Assembly: GCA_032155105.1 (NCBI GenBank)
Contig: JALDXK010000001.1
Location: 1 to 34,067 of the forward strand
Reading direction: 5' to 3'
Source of the DNA: Acidobacteriota bacterium
GTDB taxonomy: Bacteria; Acidobacteriota; Vicinamibacteria; Vicinamibacterales; UBA2999
Length of the DNA stretch: 34,067 nt
The position numbers were made by a program, and so were the translations under genes. This document shows positions 1-7,426 of the stretch, in pieces (within the stretch, counting starts at the first letter, position 1; the number at the start of each line of letters is the position of its first letter). The notes below the pieces were generated by a model, which saw nothing but the letters and a program-made list of their open reading frames with translations, made no database searches and was not told the origin of the DNA.

Positions 1-374
1 TGGCGGAGAAGGGGCAACAGAATTGCGACGTCATCGAGATGGACGCGACGAAGATGAGCTTCGCCGACAGCTCCTTTGACGTCGTCTATGCGCCGTACGT
101 GATCAGCGTGGTGCCAAACCCGGTGGAAGTGGCGCGCGAGATGTATCGCGTGTGCCGGCCCGGTGGGCGCGTGGTGATCCTGAACCACTTCAAGAGCTTC
201 AACCCGATCATGTCGAAGATCGAAACGGCGATCTCGCCGATGACGGTCCACATCGGGTTCACCGCGGATCTGGACCTGCCGGGCTTTCTCGATCAGGCGA
301 ACCTGACGCCGGTGTCGATCGAGAAGGTCAACGTCCCGAAGATCTGGACGTTGATTACGGTGGTCAAAGACTAA
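1..374 (+). CDS. Class I SAM-dependent methyltransferase, C-terminal part (5' end outside window); PmtA-like phospholipid N-methyltransferase is a possibility
   Basis: Frame is open from nt 3 to TAA 372-374. Segment SFDVVYAPYVISVVPNP...VCRPGGRVVILNHF is typical of the post-SAM-binding core of class I methyltransferases. The resemblance to Rhodobacter-type PmtA is from memory only. Confidence 0.7.
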   Translation, partial: AEKGQQNCDVIEMDATKMSFADSSFDVVYAPYVISVVPNPVEVAREMYRVCRPGGRVVILNHFKSFNPIMSKIETAISPMTVHIGFTADLDLPGFLDQANLTPVSIEKVNVPKIWTLITVVKD

Positions 375-380
375 AGAACG

Positions 381-456
381 GGTGCCTCGTGCCTGGTGCC
401 AAAGGGCGGGTGCCTGGTGCCGGGTGCCATAGGTGCCAACGGGCGGTGCCGGTGCG
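381..456. repeat. Array of nine GGTGCC-type hexamers (7 perfect) directly after a stop codon
   Basis: Perfect GGTGCC at 381, 395, 409, 416, 423, 432 and 445, plus CGTGCC at 388 and GGTGCG at 451. All are in direct orientation. Confidence 0.85.
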
Positions 457-464
457 AATCGTAG

Positions 465-519
465 GGGCGGGACTTTCTTGTCCACCGAAGCGCTACGCGC
501 GAAGGTGGAAGTCCCGCCC
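465..519. repeat. Compound hairpin containing 33-nt palindromic element copy 1 (core 479-511)
   Basis: Outer stem GGGCGGGACT (465-474) pairs with AGTCCCGCCC (510-519). The inner core is TGTCCACCGAAGCGC-TAC-GCGCGAAGGTGGAAG. It lies between convergent genes, and its right arm encodes the last 9 codons plus the stop of the glycosyltransferase. Confidence 0.85.
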
Positions 520-1557
520 GTCGTATGTACGGAGGACGGCGTCTGCAGCGACCTCGGCGCCGTTGGTGGCGGGCTTCGGCGGAGGAGCGGGCAGCGCCAG
601 CAACCGATCCAGGTGCGGCGCCCAGTTCCCCGCAAACAGATCCTCGTGATCGATGTAGGCGCAGCGCAGGTATTTCGGCATCGCCTCGACCAGCGCGTGG
701 TACTCGCGGAAGTTGCCGCGTGACGTGTAGAGCAGCGCGGTCTCGTTGGCGATGCACTCCGAGATGATGCCGTAGCCCGGCTTCGTCACCACGACGTCTG
801 CCGCGCGGACCACGTCTTCGTACTTGAAGCCGCGGTCGTACATCGCGGACTCGCTGAATTCTCCCGGCCACAGGATGTGATACCCAGGCGCCGACGGTTT
901 GGCGGCGCCGAGCAGGCCGTAGCCGCCGAACGACGTGAGCACCACGCGTTGGTCGAGCGGGATGCCGAGCGCGCGCCGGGTGTCGATCGGATCGCGATGC
1001 GACACGCGGGCGACGAAGGGCAGGTCGCGCACGTTCGTCATGGTCTCGAAGCCGCCCCACATCGGCAGGCGCAGGGTGAGGGGCACGTGTGAATAGATCT
1101 CGCCGATCTGGTGCGCCAGCGCGTCACCGCCTTCGTAGTTGGCGTAAATCCAATCCCACGTGAAATTGCCGTAGGCAATCACGGGCAGGCCCGCGGCGCG
1201 TGCGGCAACGATGCCGAGCGGCGGCAGGTCGGCGAGCACCAACTGTGCCCGGGCGGCGCGAAGAAAGGCGACCTCGTCTGCGACACGCCGATCGAGCGAC
1301 TGCATGAAGGCTGTGGCGCGCCGGATCGTCTCGGCGGCATCCAGCCGGATGGAGTCGATCTGCACCACGCCGGTGTCTGTTTCGACAGGTGACAGCTCGA
1401 CCCCTGGACGCGCGGTGCGGGTGAACAGCCACGACGCGACCTGGGAGCGGACGATGATGCGCAGGTCGGGGCGGCGATCGACCAGCGCGTTGATGACTTC
1501 GATCGAGCGGGAGGCGTGGCCGAAACCATGGCCCGAGACGTAGAAGACAACCGACAC
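493..1557 (-). CDS. GT-B fold glycosyltransferase (GT1/GT28, MurG/UDP-glycosyltransferase-like)
   Basis: 354-aa ORF with GTG start at 1557. N-terminal YVSGHGFGHASR and C-terminal VVTKPGYGIISE motifs are typical of GT-B enzymes. The last 9 codons and the TAG stop (493-495) lie inside a palindromic repeat element. Confidence 0.75.
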   Translation of the reverse strand: MSVVFYVSGHGFGHASRSIEVINALVDRRPDLRIIVRSQVASWLFTRTARPGVELSPVETDTGVVQIDSIRLDAAETIRRATAFMQSLDRRVADEVAFLRAARAQLVLADLPPLGIVAARAAGLPVIAYGNFTWDWIYANYEGGDALAHQIGEIYSHVPLTLRLPMWGGFETMTNVRDLPFVARVSHRDPIDTRRALGIPLDQRVVLTSFGGYGLLGAAKPSAPGYHILWPGEFSESAMYDRGFKYEDVVRAADVVVTKPGYGIISECIANETALLYTSRGNFREYHALVEAMPKYLRCAYIDHEDLFAGNWAPHLDRLLALPAPPPKPATNGAEVAADAVLRTYDGRDFHLRA

Positions 1558-1563
1558 TACCGG

Positions 1564-1570
1564 TATTATC
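1564..1570. promoter_or_regulatory. Overlapping -10-like hexamers serving two divergent genes (leaderless-type)
   Basis: TATTAT (plus strand, 1564-1569) lies 6 nt before GTG 1576. GATAAT (minus strand, 1570-1565) lies 7 nt before GTG 1557. It is the only AT-rich island in an 18-nt intergenic spacer, and neither gene has a Shine-Dalgarno. Confidence 0.4.
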
Positions 1571-1575
1571 TAGGG

Positions 1576-1971
1576 GTGGCGTTCGACGAGAAAGCGTTCT
1601 TCAGCGAAAAACCCGAAACCCGGCCGGCGAAGTATGCCTGCCCGCGCTGCAAGCGGACCAACGAGTACAGCATCCGATGGATGCGCCGCACCAAGCGCAA
1701 GGACCGCCAGCCGCAGGGGGAGGACCGCGCCAAGTTCGACAAGCTCCGCGATCACCTGCTGCGCCTGGACGACGAGGTGACGTGCAAGACGTGCGGCAAG
1801 AAATTCGAAGTGCCGTCGCTGCACTCGTTGTTGTTCACCGATCAGCTCGACGGTCTGCCGAAGGACGAAGAGGCCGAGGAACTTGCCGCCGAAGCGCCGC
1901 CTGAGCAGCCGATCGACCGCGCGAAGCTGCCGGCGCGTTTTACGCGTCCCACCAAAGGCTGGCGCGGTTGA
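1576..1971 (+). CDS. Small zinc-ribbon protein of unknown function (two CxxC pairs, basic centre, acidic tail)
   Basis: The ORF-track ATG 1516 would overlap the divergent gene start. In-frame GTG 1576 lies 6 nt after a TATTAT hexamer. CPRC and CKTC pairs are present. No family recognised. Confidence 0.55.
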   Translation: MAFDEKAFFSEKPETRPAKYACPRCKRTNEYSIRWMRRTKRKDRQPQGEDRAKFDKLRDHLLRLDDEVTCKTCGKKFEVPSLHSLLFTDQLDGLPKDEEAEELAAEAPPEQPIDRAKLPARFTRPTKGWRG

Positions 1972-2050
1972 GCGCCAGCCCAACGACGCGGCTGGCGCGG
2001 GTGAGCGTCAGCCCCGCGACGCGGTGGCGCGGTTGACAGCGCCCGTCGCG
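1957..2050. repeat. Three tandem 33-nt units, each a GC hairpin, starting inside the last codons of the Zn-ribbon gene
   Basis: Unit 1 (1957-1989) is GGCTGGCGCGGTTGAGCGCCAGCCCAACGACGC. Unit 2 (1990-2022) is GGCTGGCGCGGGTGAGCGTCAGCCCCGCGACGC. Unit 3 (from 2023) is degenerate, with a 1-nt deletion. The stem is GGCTGGCGC/GCGCCAGCC. Confidence 0.85.
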
Positions 2051-2530
2051 CATCCAGAACCCGGTTGGGAACCCGTCGTCCCCTTTCCGTCTCCTGAAGG
2101 CACCTTCCTGCACGAAGGCAATCCACCATCGCGCGATGCGCTACGGCAGACAAGCCGCGTCCGCATCGCTTATTTCCGTACGCCCAACGATCCGCAGCTC
2201 TACGCCAAGGCGTGGTTCGGCACGAAGACGATGGGACCGCCGGGGCACGTGCACGGCGGCGCGATGGCGGCGGCGCTGGACGAGGCGATGGGCGCGGTGT
2301 GCTGGATGCACCATCACCGGGTGGTGGCCGCGACGATTACCGTGAAGTTCATCTCGATGCTGAAAGTCGAGAGCGAGACGATCATCGAAGCGGCGATCGA
2401 GCGCGTCGACGGACGCAAGATCACCATCCGGTCGACGCTCACCGATCTCAGCGGGCGAGCGGTGGCCGAGGGCCAGGGCCTGTTCATCATTCTGAAAGAC
2501 GAAGCGCTCCGCACCCTCGACAACCGTTGA
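2024..2530 (+). CDS. PaaI/4HBT-type hotdog-fold thioesterase
   Basis: Motif GPPGHVHGGAMAAALDEAMG plus a C-terminal beta-rich segment is typical of PaaI-family thioesterases. The start is uncertain: GTG 2024 or TTG 2033, while track ATG 1883 overlaps the previous gene. Stop is TGA 2528-2530. Confidence 0.7.
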   Translation: MARLTAPVAHPEPGWEPVVPFPSPEGTFLHEGNPPSRDALRQTSRVRIAYFRTPNDPQLYAKAWFGTKTMGPPGHVHGGAMAAALDEAMGAVCWMHHHRVVAATITVKFISMLKVESETIIEAAIERVDGRKITIRSTLTDLSGRAVAEGQGLFIILKDEALRTLDNR

Positions 2531-2533
2531 CGA

Positions 2534-4117
2534 TTACGCGCTGACGCGGGCGGCGTCGCGGCGAAGCTGCCGCAGTCCGTCCAGCGTGCGTTCCGGACCG
2601 GGAGATCCCGGCGGCGGCGTCCAGTCGACCGGCGAGCCGGCATCGATGAGCACGCGCGCCATAGCCACGTGATCGGCGCCGGGCTGCGCGTGGCTGCGGC
2701 CTTCCACCGCCCACACGAGCGGCGGCGCGGCGAACATGCCGTCGAGCGCATCGACGGGCGCGCCGAACGACAGCAGCACCTTGGCCGCGTCCGGATGTCC
2801 GCCCATGGCGGCGCGATGTAATGGCGTGACGCCGTCCTTGTCTGTCGCGCGTGGATCGAAACCGCACGCGAGCATCGTTTCGAGCGCGGCCGCGTTGCCG
2901 CTCTCCGCAGGGCGGTGCAACAGCAAGTGATGCTCGTACCGCAGGGCCTGCTGCAGACCGGGATGGCCCCGCAACATGGCCTCGGCGGCAGGGCGATCGC
3001 CGCGCGCCGCGGCGGCAATGAACTGATCGAGCGGTGAGAGTTCATTGGTAGCGCCGTGCGCCAGCAACCACGTCGCGATGTCGCGATTGCCGTGCAGCTC
3101 GGCGAGCGAGTGCGGCGTGTAGCCGTCGGCCCGCCGGCGCGACGGACGAGCGCCATGCGCCACGAGTCGCTCCACCAACGCCACGTCCCATCGCCTGGCC
3201 GCGACATGCAACGGCGATTCGTGGTCGGGGCCCCACGGCAGGTTCGCATCGGCGCCGTGCTCGAGCAGCCAGCGCGGCCCAGAAGGGTCCTCGGACCAGG
3301 TCAGGATGTAGACGAGGGGCGGCACTCCGCCAGGGATGCCGTTCACATTCATGCCGAACTGGTGCAGCAACTCGAGGGCCGCGATGTTGCCGGTCCCGCC
3401 GGCGATGTGCGCCGAGACCCCGTCGGTGGGCGTGGCGCCGGCTTCGAGCAGCGCCTGCGCCAGCGGCATGTGGCCCATCACGATCAGCGCGCCCCACAGC
3501 GCCGTGCGAGGCAGCTCAGGATGCCAGTTCCAGTGATACTCGGCGTTCGGATTGGCGCCGAGCGCGATCAGCAGCCGGGCAATCTTGAGCAGCCCATCCA
3601 TCCGCTGCGGCTCGTCGCGGTGCAGGCACGTGTGGCACGCGTAGAGCAGCGGCTCCCACTGCTGCGGTCCACCCGGCGTGGTCGCAAGATCCGGCCGTTC
3701 CTTCAGCCGCGCCTCGACGGCTGCGGCATCTCCCAGTACCAACGCAGTCTGCAACGTCGCCGTCGCCATGCCGGGATGCAGCGTCAACAACCGCCGGGCC
3801 CGATCGACGCCGCCGTCGGAGGCGGCGCGCACGAACTCGTCAATCGCGTCCGTGAACGTCAGCGCGCGCGATTCGACTTCTTCCCGCAGCGCATTCCACG
3901 ACGGAAAGCCATGCTCGCGCGCGATCACCGATTGCGCGTCGTGCAGGGCCAGCTCGTTCGCATCGAGCCTGCTAATCGGCGTGCTGGCGAAGGCGGGGAG
4001 CGACGTGAAGCGCGCGAGCGCCTCTGCCTCACCGGCGTGCGCGCGGCCAAGCAGCGACTTCGCCTGTTTCTTCAGTTGTTCGAGATTGGGGGAATCGGGC
4101 AGCTGCTTCGGCGTCAT
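2534..4117 (-). CDS. Ankyrin-repeat protein (527 aa)
   Basis: ATG 4117 is preceded by GGAGG 4 nt upstream on the minus strand. Several ANK units are visible (e.g. SPLHVAARRWDVALVERLVAHGARP, TPLHRAAMGGHPDAAKVLLSFGAPVD). The 849-aa track ORF is an artefactual 5' extension across the next gene. Confidence 0.85.
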   Translation of the reverse strand: MTPKQLPDSPNLEQLKKQAKSLLGRAHAGEAEALARFTSLPAFASTPISRLDANELALHDAQSVIAREHGFPSWNALREEVESRALTFTDAIDEFVRAASDGGVDRARRLLTLHPGMATATLQTALVLGDAAAVEARLKERPDLATTPGGPQQWEPLLYACHTCLHRDEPQRMDGLLKIARLLIALGANPNAEYHWNWHPELPRTALWGALIVMGHMPLAQALLEAGATPTDGVSAHIAGGTGNIAALELLHQFGMNVNGIPGGVPPLVYILTWSEDPSGPRWLLEHGADANLPWGPDHESPLHVAARRWDVALVERLVAHGARPSRRRADGYTPHSLAELHGNRDIATWLLAHGATNELSPLDQFIAAAARGDRPAAEAMLRGHPGLQQALRYEHHLLLHRPAESGNAAALETMLACGFDPRATDKDGVTPLHRAAMGGHPDAAKVLLSFGAPVDALDGMFAAPPLVWAVEGRSHAQPGADHVAMARVLIDAGSPVDWTPPPGSPGPERTLDGLRQLRRDAARVSA

Positions 4118-4248
4118 ACGACCTCCATGCTGAAGCCCGTGGTTCGCAGACAGGCAGCACGGTGGTGTACGTGCCGTTGAGGTGAGACCGACAGTGGGCT
4201 TGGCCCTTCGCGCGAACCCGCCGGCGCCTGCTGCGCTCGAGAGGAATG

Positions 4249-4935
4249 TTACCAGACGAAGGGCAGCAGCCGCCACCGCATTTGCCGCTGGTAGGCGCGG
4301 TACTTTTCGCCGAACGCCTCCACCAGCGACTGCTCCTCGAGCGGGATGGCCGCGATCAGGTACGCGGTGCTCGTCGCCGCGAACAGCAACCGGCTGGTGG
4401 TCATCACCGGCGTGGCGAACACCATCAGCACCCATCCGAGATAGATGGGATGGCGCACGATGCCGAAGGGACCGGTGGCCCTGAAATCGATCGGCTTCGA
4501 GTGATCGGGTTGGCGCACGCCGGCAAGCTCCCACACGCCGACGATGCGCGCGGCGTGGAGGATGAGGAAGACGCCGGCGATCTGGATGGCGACGAGGATC
4601 CAGAACGGCACGCCCGTCGCCACCCACACGAGGCCGGGAAGCGGTTGCCAGAGCCAGCACACGATCAGAAACAGCAGCGACGCGATCCAGACGTAGACGC
4701 TGCGCTCGAGATCGGGCGGCACCACGCGCGTGAGCCACGCCTTGGCGCCGGTCCGCGCCATGATCGAATGGTGCAACGCGAAGATCGTGAACAGCACGAC
4801 GTTGTCGAGCACGTCGCGCCATACGGCCGGGCTGGGTGGCGCGGGCACGCCGAGCCGCCCTCCGTAGACCAGACCGAACGAGAGCAAGGACACGAGGAAG
4901 AGCAGTGCGCCGATCCAGGCGAAGAGCGTCTTCAC
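4249..4935 (-). CDS. ICMT/PEMT-superfamily integral membrane methyltransferase (MddA/NnrU-like layout)
   Basis: 228 aa, multi-TM. Motifs HHSIMAR, ERSVYVW, FRATGPFGIVRHPIYLG and LEEQSLVEAFGEKYRAYQ are typical of this membrane methyltransferase superfamily. GTG start 4935 lies 7 nt after a consensus TATAAT. Confidence 0.8.
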   Translation of the reverse strand: MKTLFAWIGALLFLVSLLSFGLVYGGRLGVPAPPSPAVWRDVLDNVVLFTIFALHHSIMARTGAKAWLTRVVPPDLERSVYVWIASLLFLIVCWLWQPLPGLVWVATGVPFWILVAIQIAGVFLILHAARIVGVWELAGVRQPDHSKPIDFRATGPFGIVRHPIYLGWVLMVFATPVMTTSRLLFAATSTAYLIAAIPLEEQSLVEAFGEKYRAYQRQMRWRLLPFVW

Positions 4936-4941
4936 GGCGGC

Positions 4942-4948
4942 TATTATA
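4942..4948. promoter_or_regulatory. Consensus TATAAT (minus strand) 7 nt before GTG 4935, overlapping TATTAT (plus strand) 14 nt before ATG 4962
   Basis: The minus strand reads CTTATAATAGCCGCCGTG. The intergenic spacer is 26 nt. Confidence 0.45.
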
Positions 4949-4961
4949 AGGACGAGATCGC

Positions 4962-6251
4962 ATGCTACTGAAGCAACCGCGCGTTGCCATCACCGGTATC
5001 GGCGTCGTGTCGGCGTTCGGCGTGGGGCGCGATAGGTTCTGGGACGCGATCAAGAGCGGCCAGAGCGGAACGCGCGCCATCACCGAGTTCGACGTCTCGA
5101 CCTATCCATGCCGGGTGGCCGCGCCGGTGCCGGCCGTCGACATTTCCTCGGCGGTGACGCTCGAGGGCGAGCTGGCGCCTCGTGACGCGCGGGCCGATCC
5201 ACGGCGATACTCCCGTGCCGCCCTGTTCGGCGTGCTCGCCGCGCGCGAGGCGTGGAACGACTCCGGCCTGGCGTTCGCCGAGCCCAACGCCGGCGTGATC
5301 ATCGGCAGCGGCGGCGGCGGCATCGACGTCGGCGAGCGGCAATACCAGGACTTCTTCCAGAACAACGGTCAGCACGTCACGCCGTACGCGATCGCCGTCG
5401 GCATCTGCGGCATGGTGTCGAGCGAGATCTCGATCGCGCTCGGCCTGCGCGGCATCAGCCACGTGCTCTCTACCGGCTGCACGAGCTCGACCGATGCGCT
5501 CGGCTACGCCGCGATGCTGTTGCGGCAGGGCGAGTGCGACGTGCTGCTCAGCGGCGGCACCGACGGGTGCGTGCTGCCGGGGATGATCTTCGGCTTCTCG
5601 CGCATGCGCGCGGTGTCGACCCGTTACAACGATCGCGGTGCCGAGGCGTCTCGGCCATTCGATCGCGGGCGCGACGGGTTCGTGCTCGGCGAGGGCGCGT
5701 GGATGCTCGCGCTGGAACTGGAGGAGCGGGCCACCGCGCGCGGTGCGCGCATTTACGCCACCATCGAGGGCTACGCCTCGACCTGCGACGCCTACCACCG
5801 CGTGCAGATGGATCCGGACGGCGAGCAGATCGTGCGCTGCATGCAGGACGCCGTGGCCAGGTCCGGACGCGCGCCGGAAGAGATTGGCTACATCAACTAT
5901 CACGGCACGTCGACCATGCTCAACGACGCGATCGAATCGCGCTGCACGCGGATGGCGTTCGGCAAGCTTGCTGAACAGATTCCCGGCTCGTCGACCAAGT
6001 CGATGATCGGCCACCCGCAGGGCGCGAGCGGCGCGGCGGGCGTGGTGGCGAGCGCGCTGGCGTTGTCGAACGGATTCCTGCCGCCGACCATCAACCAGAC
6101 CGATCCCGATCCCGACTGCGATCTCGACTTCATCCCCAACGTCGGCCGCGACGCGCAGCCGGCGGCCGCGCTCTGCAATTGCCTGGGCTTTGGATCGAAG
6201 AACAGCGCCCTGGTGCTCGGTCGCGTTGACCCACCCCAACGCGCAGAGTGA
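4962..6251 (+). CDS. Beta-ketoacyl synthase, FabF/KS (Cys-His-His) type, stand-alone
   Basis: 429 aa. Active-site contexts are STGCTSSTDALG (Cys), YHGTSTMLND (His) and KSMIGHPQGASG (His), with a C-terminal GFGSKNSALVL. No ACP or other fab genes are nearby. Confidence 0.9.
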   Translation: MLLKQPRVAITGIGVVSAFGVGRDRFWDAIKSGQSGTRAITEFDVSTYPCRVAAPVPAVDISSAVTLEGELAPRDARADPRRYSRAALFGVLAAREAWNDSGLAFAEPNAGVIIGSGGGGIDVGERQYQDFFQNNGQHVTPYAIAVGICGMVSSEISIALGLRGISHVLSTGCTSSTDALGYAAMLLRQGECDVLLSGGTDGCVLPGMIFGFSRMRAVSTRYNDRGAEASRPFDRGRDGFVLGEGAWMLALELEERATARGARIYATIEGYASTCDAYHRVQMDPDGEQIVRCMQDAVARSGRAPEEIGYINYHGTSTMLNDAIESRCTRMAFGKLAEQIPGSSTKSMIGHPQGASGAAGVVASALALSNGFLPPTINQTDPDPDCDLDFIPNVGRDAQPAAALCNCLGFGSKNSALVLGRVDPPQRAE

Positions 6252-6256
6252 GGCCC

Positions 6257-7426
6257 ATGGATGACGTGGTGATCGCCGGTGCGGGCCCCGCGGGATCACT
6301 GGCGGCCATCATCCTCGCTCGTGCCGGACTGCGCGTGCGGTTGTTCGATCGCGCCAGGTTCCCACGTCACAAGCTGTGCGGCGACACGCTCAACCCCGGC
6401 GCGCTGGCGGTAATCGAGCGGCACGTCGATGCCACTGCGCTCGCCGCGTGCAGCGATCCGATCGACGGCATGCTGCTGACCGGACCGGGCGGCGTGCGCG
6501 TGCGCGCCGGCTACGGCCGCGGCCTCGCCGGCCGCGCCATCACCCGCGACGTGCTCGATCACTGGCTGGTGCAGCAGGCCGTCGCAGCCGGGGCCGCGTT
6601 CGAAGAGCAGGCGCACGTGAAAGAGGCCGCGATCGCGGACGGCCGCGTGGCGGGACTGGTGCTAGGTCGCGGAGACTCCAACGCCACGCATCCGGCTCGA
6701 CTCGTGATCGCGGCCGACGGCCGGCGTTCGACACTGGCCGTCGGGCGTGGGTTGTCGAGCCAACCGCGGGCGCCGCGCCGGTGGGCGATCGGGGCGTACT
6801 TCCGTGATGTCGACGGATGCACCACGCTCGGAGAAATGCACGTGCGGCGGGGGCATTACATCGGCGTGGCCCCGCTCCCTGGTGGACTGACGAATGCGTG
6901 TCTCGTGGTGCCGCACGCCGCGGGCGATGCGCCGATCGGCGAACCGGCCAACCTCCTGCACGACTATCTGCATCACGATCCGGAGTTGGCGCCACGGTTC
7001 GCACGGGCGCGCGCAGTGGCGTCCCCGTCCGTGCTCGGCCCGATGGCGGTTGATGCGCCGTCGGCCGGCGAGCCGGGGCTCTTGCTGGCCGGCGACGCGG
7101 CCGGCTTCATCGATCCGATCACGGGGGATGGCTTGCGCTTCGCACTGGCCGGCGCAGAACTGGCCGCGGCGGTGGCGATCGACGTGTGCGCGGGCCGCAC
7201 GCCACTCGATCGCGCGCACCTCGCGCTCGCCGCCAGACGCCGCGCCACCTTCACCGCGAAGTGGCGATTCAATCGTGCACTGCGATCGCTCGTCAGCTCG
7301 CCGCGCGGCGTGAGCACAGCCGCCGCGGCGGCGCGCGTCCTGCCCGCGCTGTTCCAGACGATCATTCGCTACGCGGGAGACTGTTCCTCCCGGGTCCCGG
7401 ATTCCGGGTCCCGAATTGCGACATGA
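6257..7426 (+). CDS. FAD-dependent oxidoreductase, geranylgeranyl-reductase-like family
   Basis: N-terminal Rossmann motif VVIAGAGPAGS, then HKLCGDTL and LLAGDAAGFIDPITGDGLRFAL motifs. ATG 6257 is preferred; GTG 6248 overlaps the ketosynthase stop and is an alternative. Its stop overlaps the next start (ATGA 7423-7426). Confidence 0.85.
   Translation: MDDVVIAGAGPAGSLAAIILARAGLRVRLFDRARFPRHKLCGDTLNPGALAVIERHVDATALAACSDPIDGMLLTGPGGVRVRAGYGRGLAGRAITRDVLDHWLVQQAVAAGAAFEEQAHVKEAAIADGRVAGLVLGRGDSNATHPARLVIAADGRRSTLAVGRGLSSQPRAPRRWAIGAYFRDVDGCTTLGEMHVRRGHYIGVAPLPGGLTNACLVVPHAAGDAPIGEPANLLHDYLHHDPELAPRFARARAVASPSVLGPMAVDAPSAGEPGLLLAGDAAGFIDPITGDGLRFALAGAELAAAVAIDVCAGRTPLDRAHLALAARRRATFTAKWRFNRALRSLVSSPRGVSTAAAAARVLPALFQTIIRYAGDCSSRVPDSGSRIAT

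Noticed and set aside
2033-2038. Perfect TTGACA (-35 consensus) in repeat unit 3 upstream of the thioesterase
   Set aside because: No acceptable -10 hexamer lies 16-19 nt downstream (the sequence there is CATCCAGAAC). It also overlaps a candidate start codon.
2528-2536. Convergent stop codons only 3 nt apart (TGA 2528-2530, TAA complement 2534-2536) with no terminator
   Set aside because: This is real but ordinary in compact GC-rich genomes, and no additional structure is visible.
4118-5083. N-terminal 322 codons of the 849-aa track ORF 2534..5083
   Set aside because: The extension runs out of frame across the well-supported ICMT-family gene and the divergent spacer. An internal ATG 4117 with GGAGG 4 nt upstream gives a typical ankyrin-protein N-terminus.
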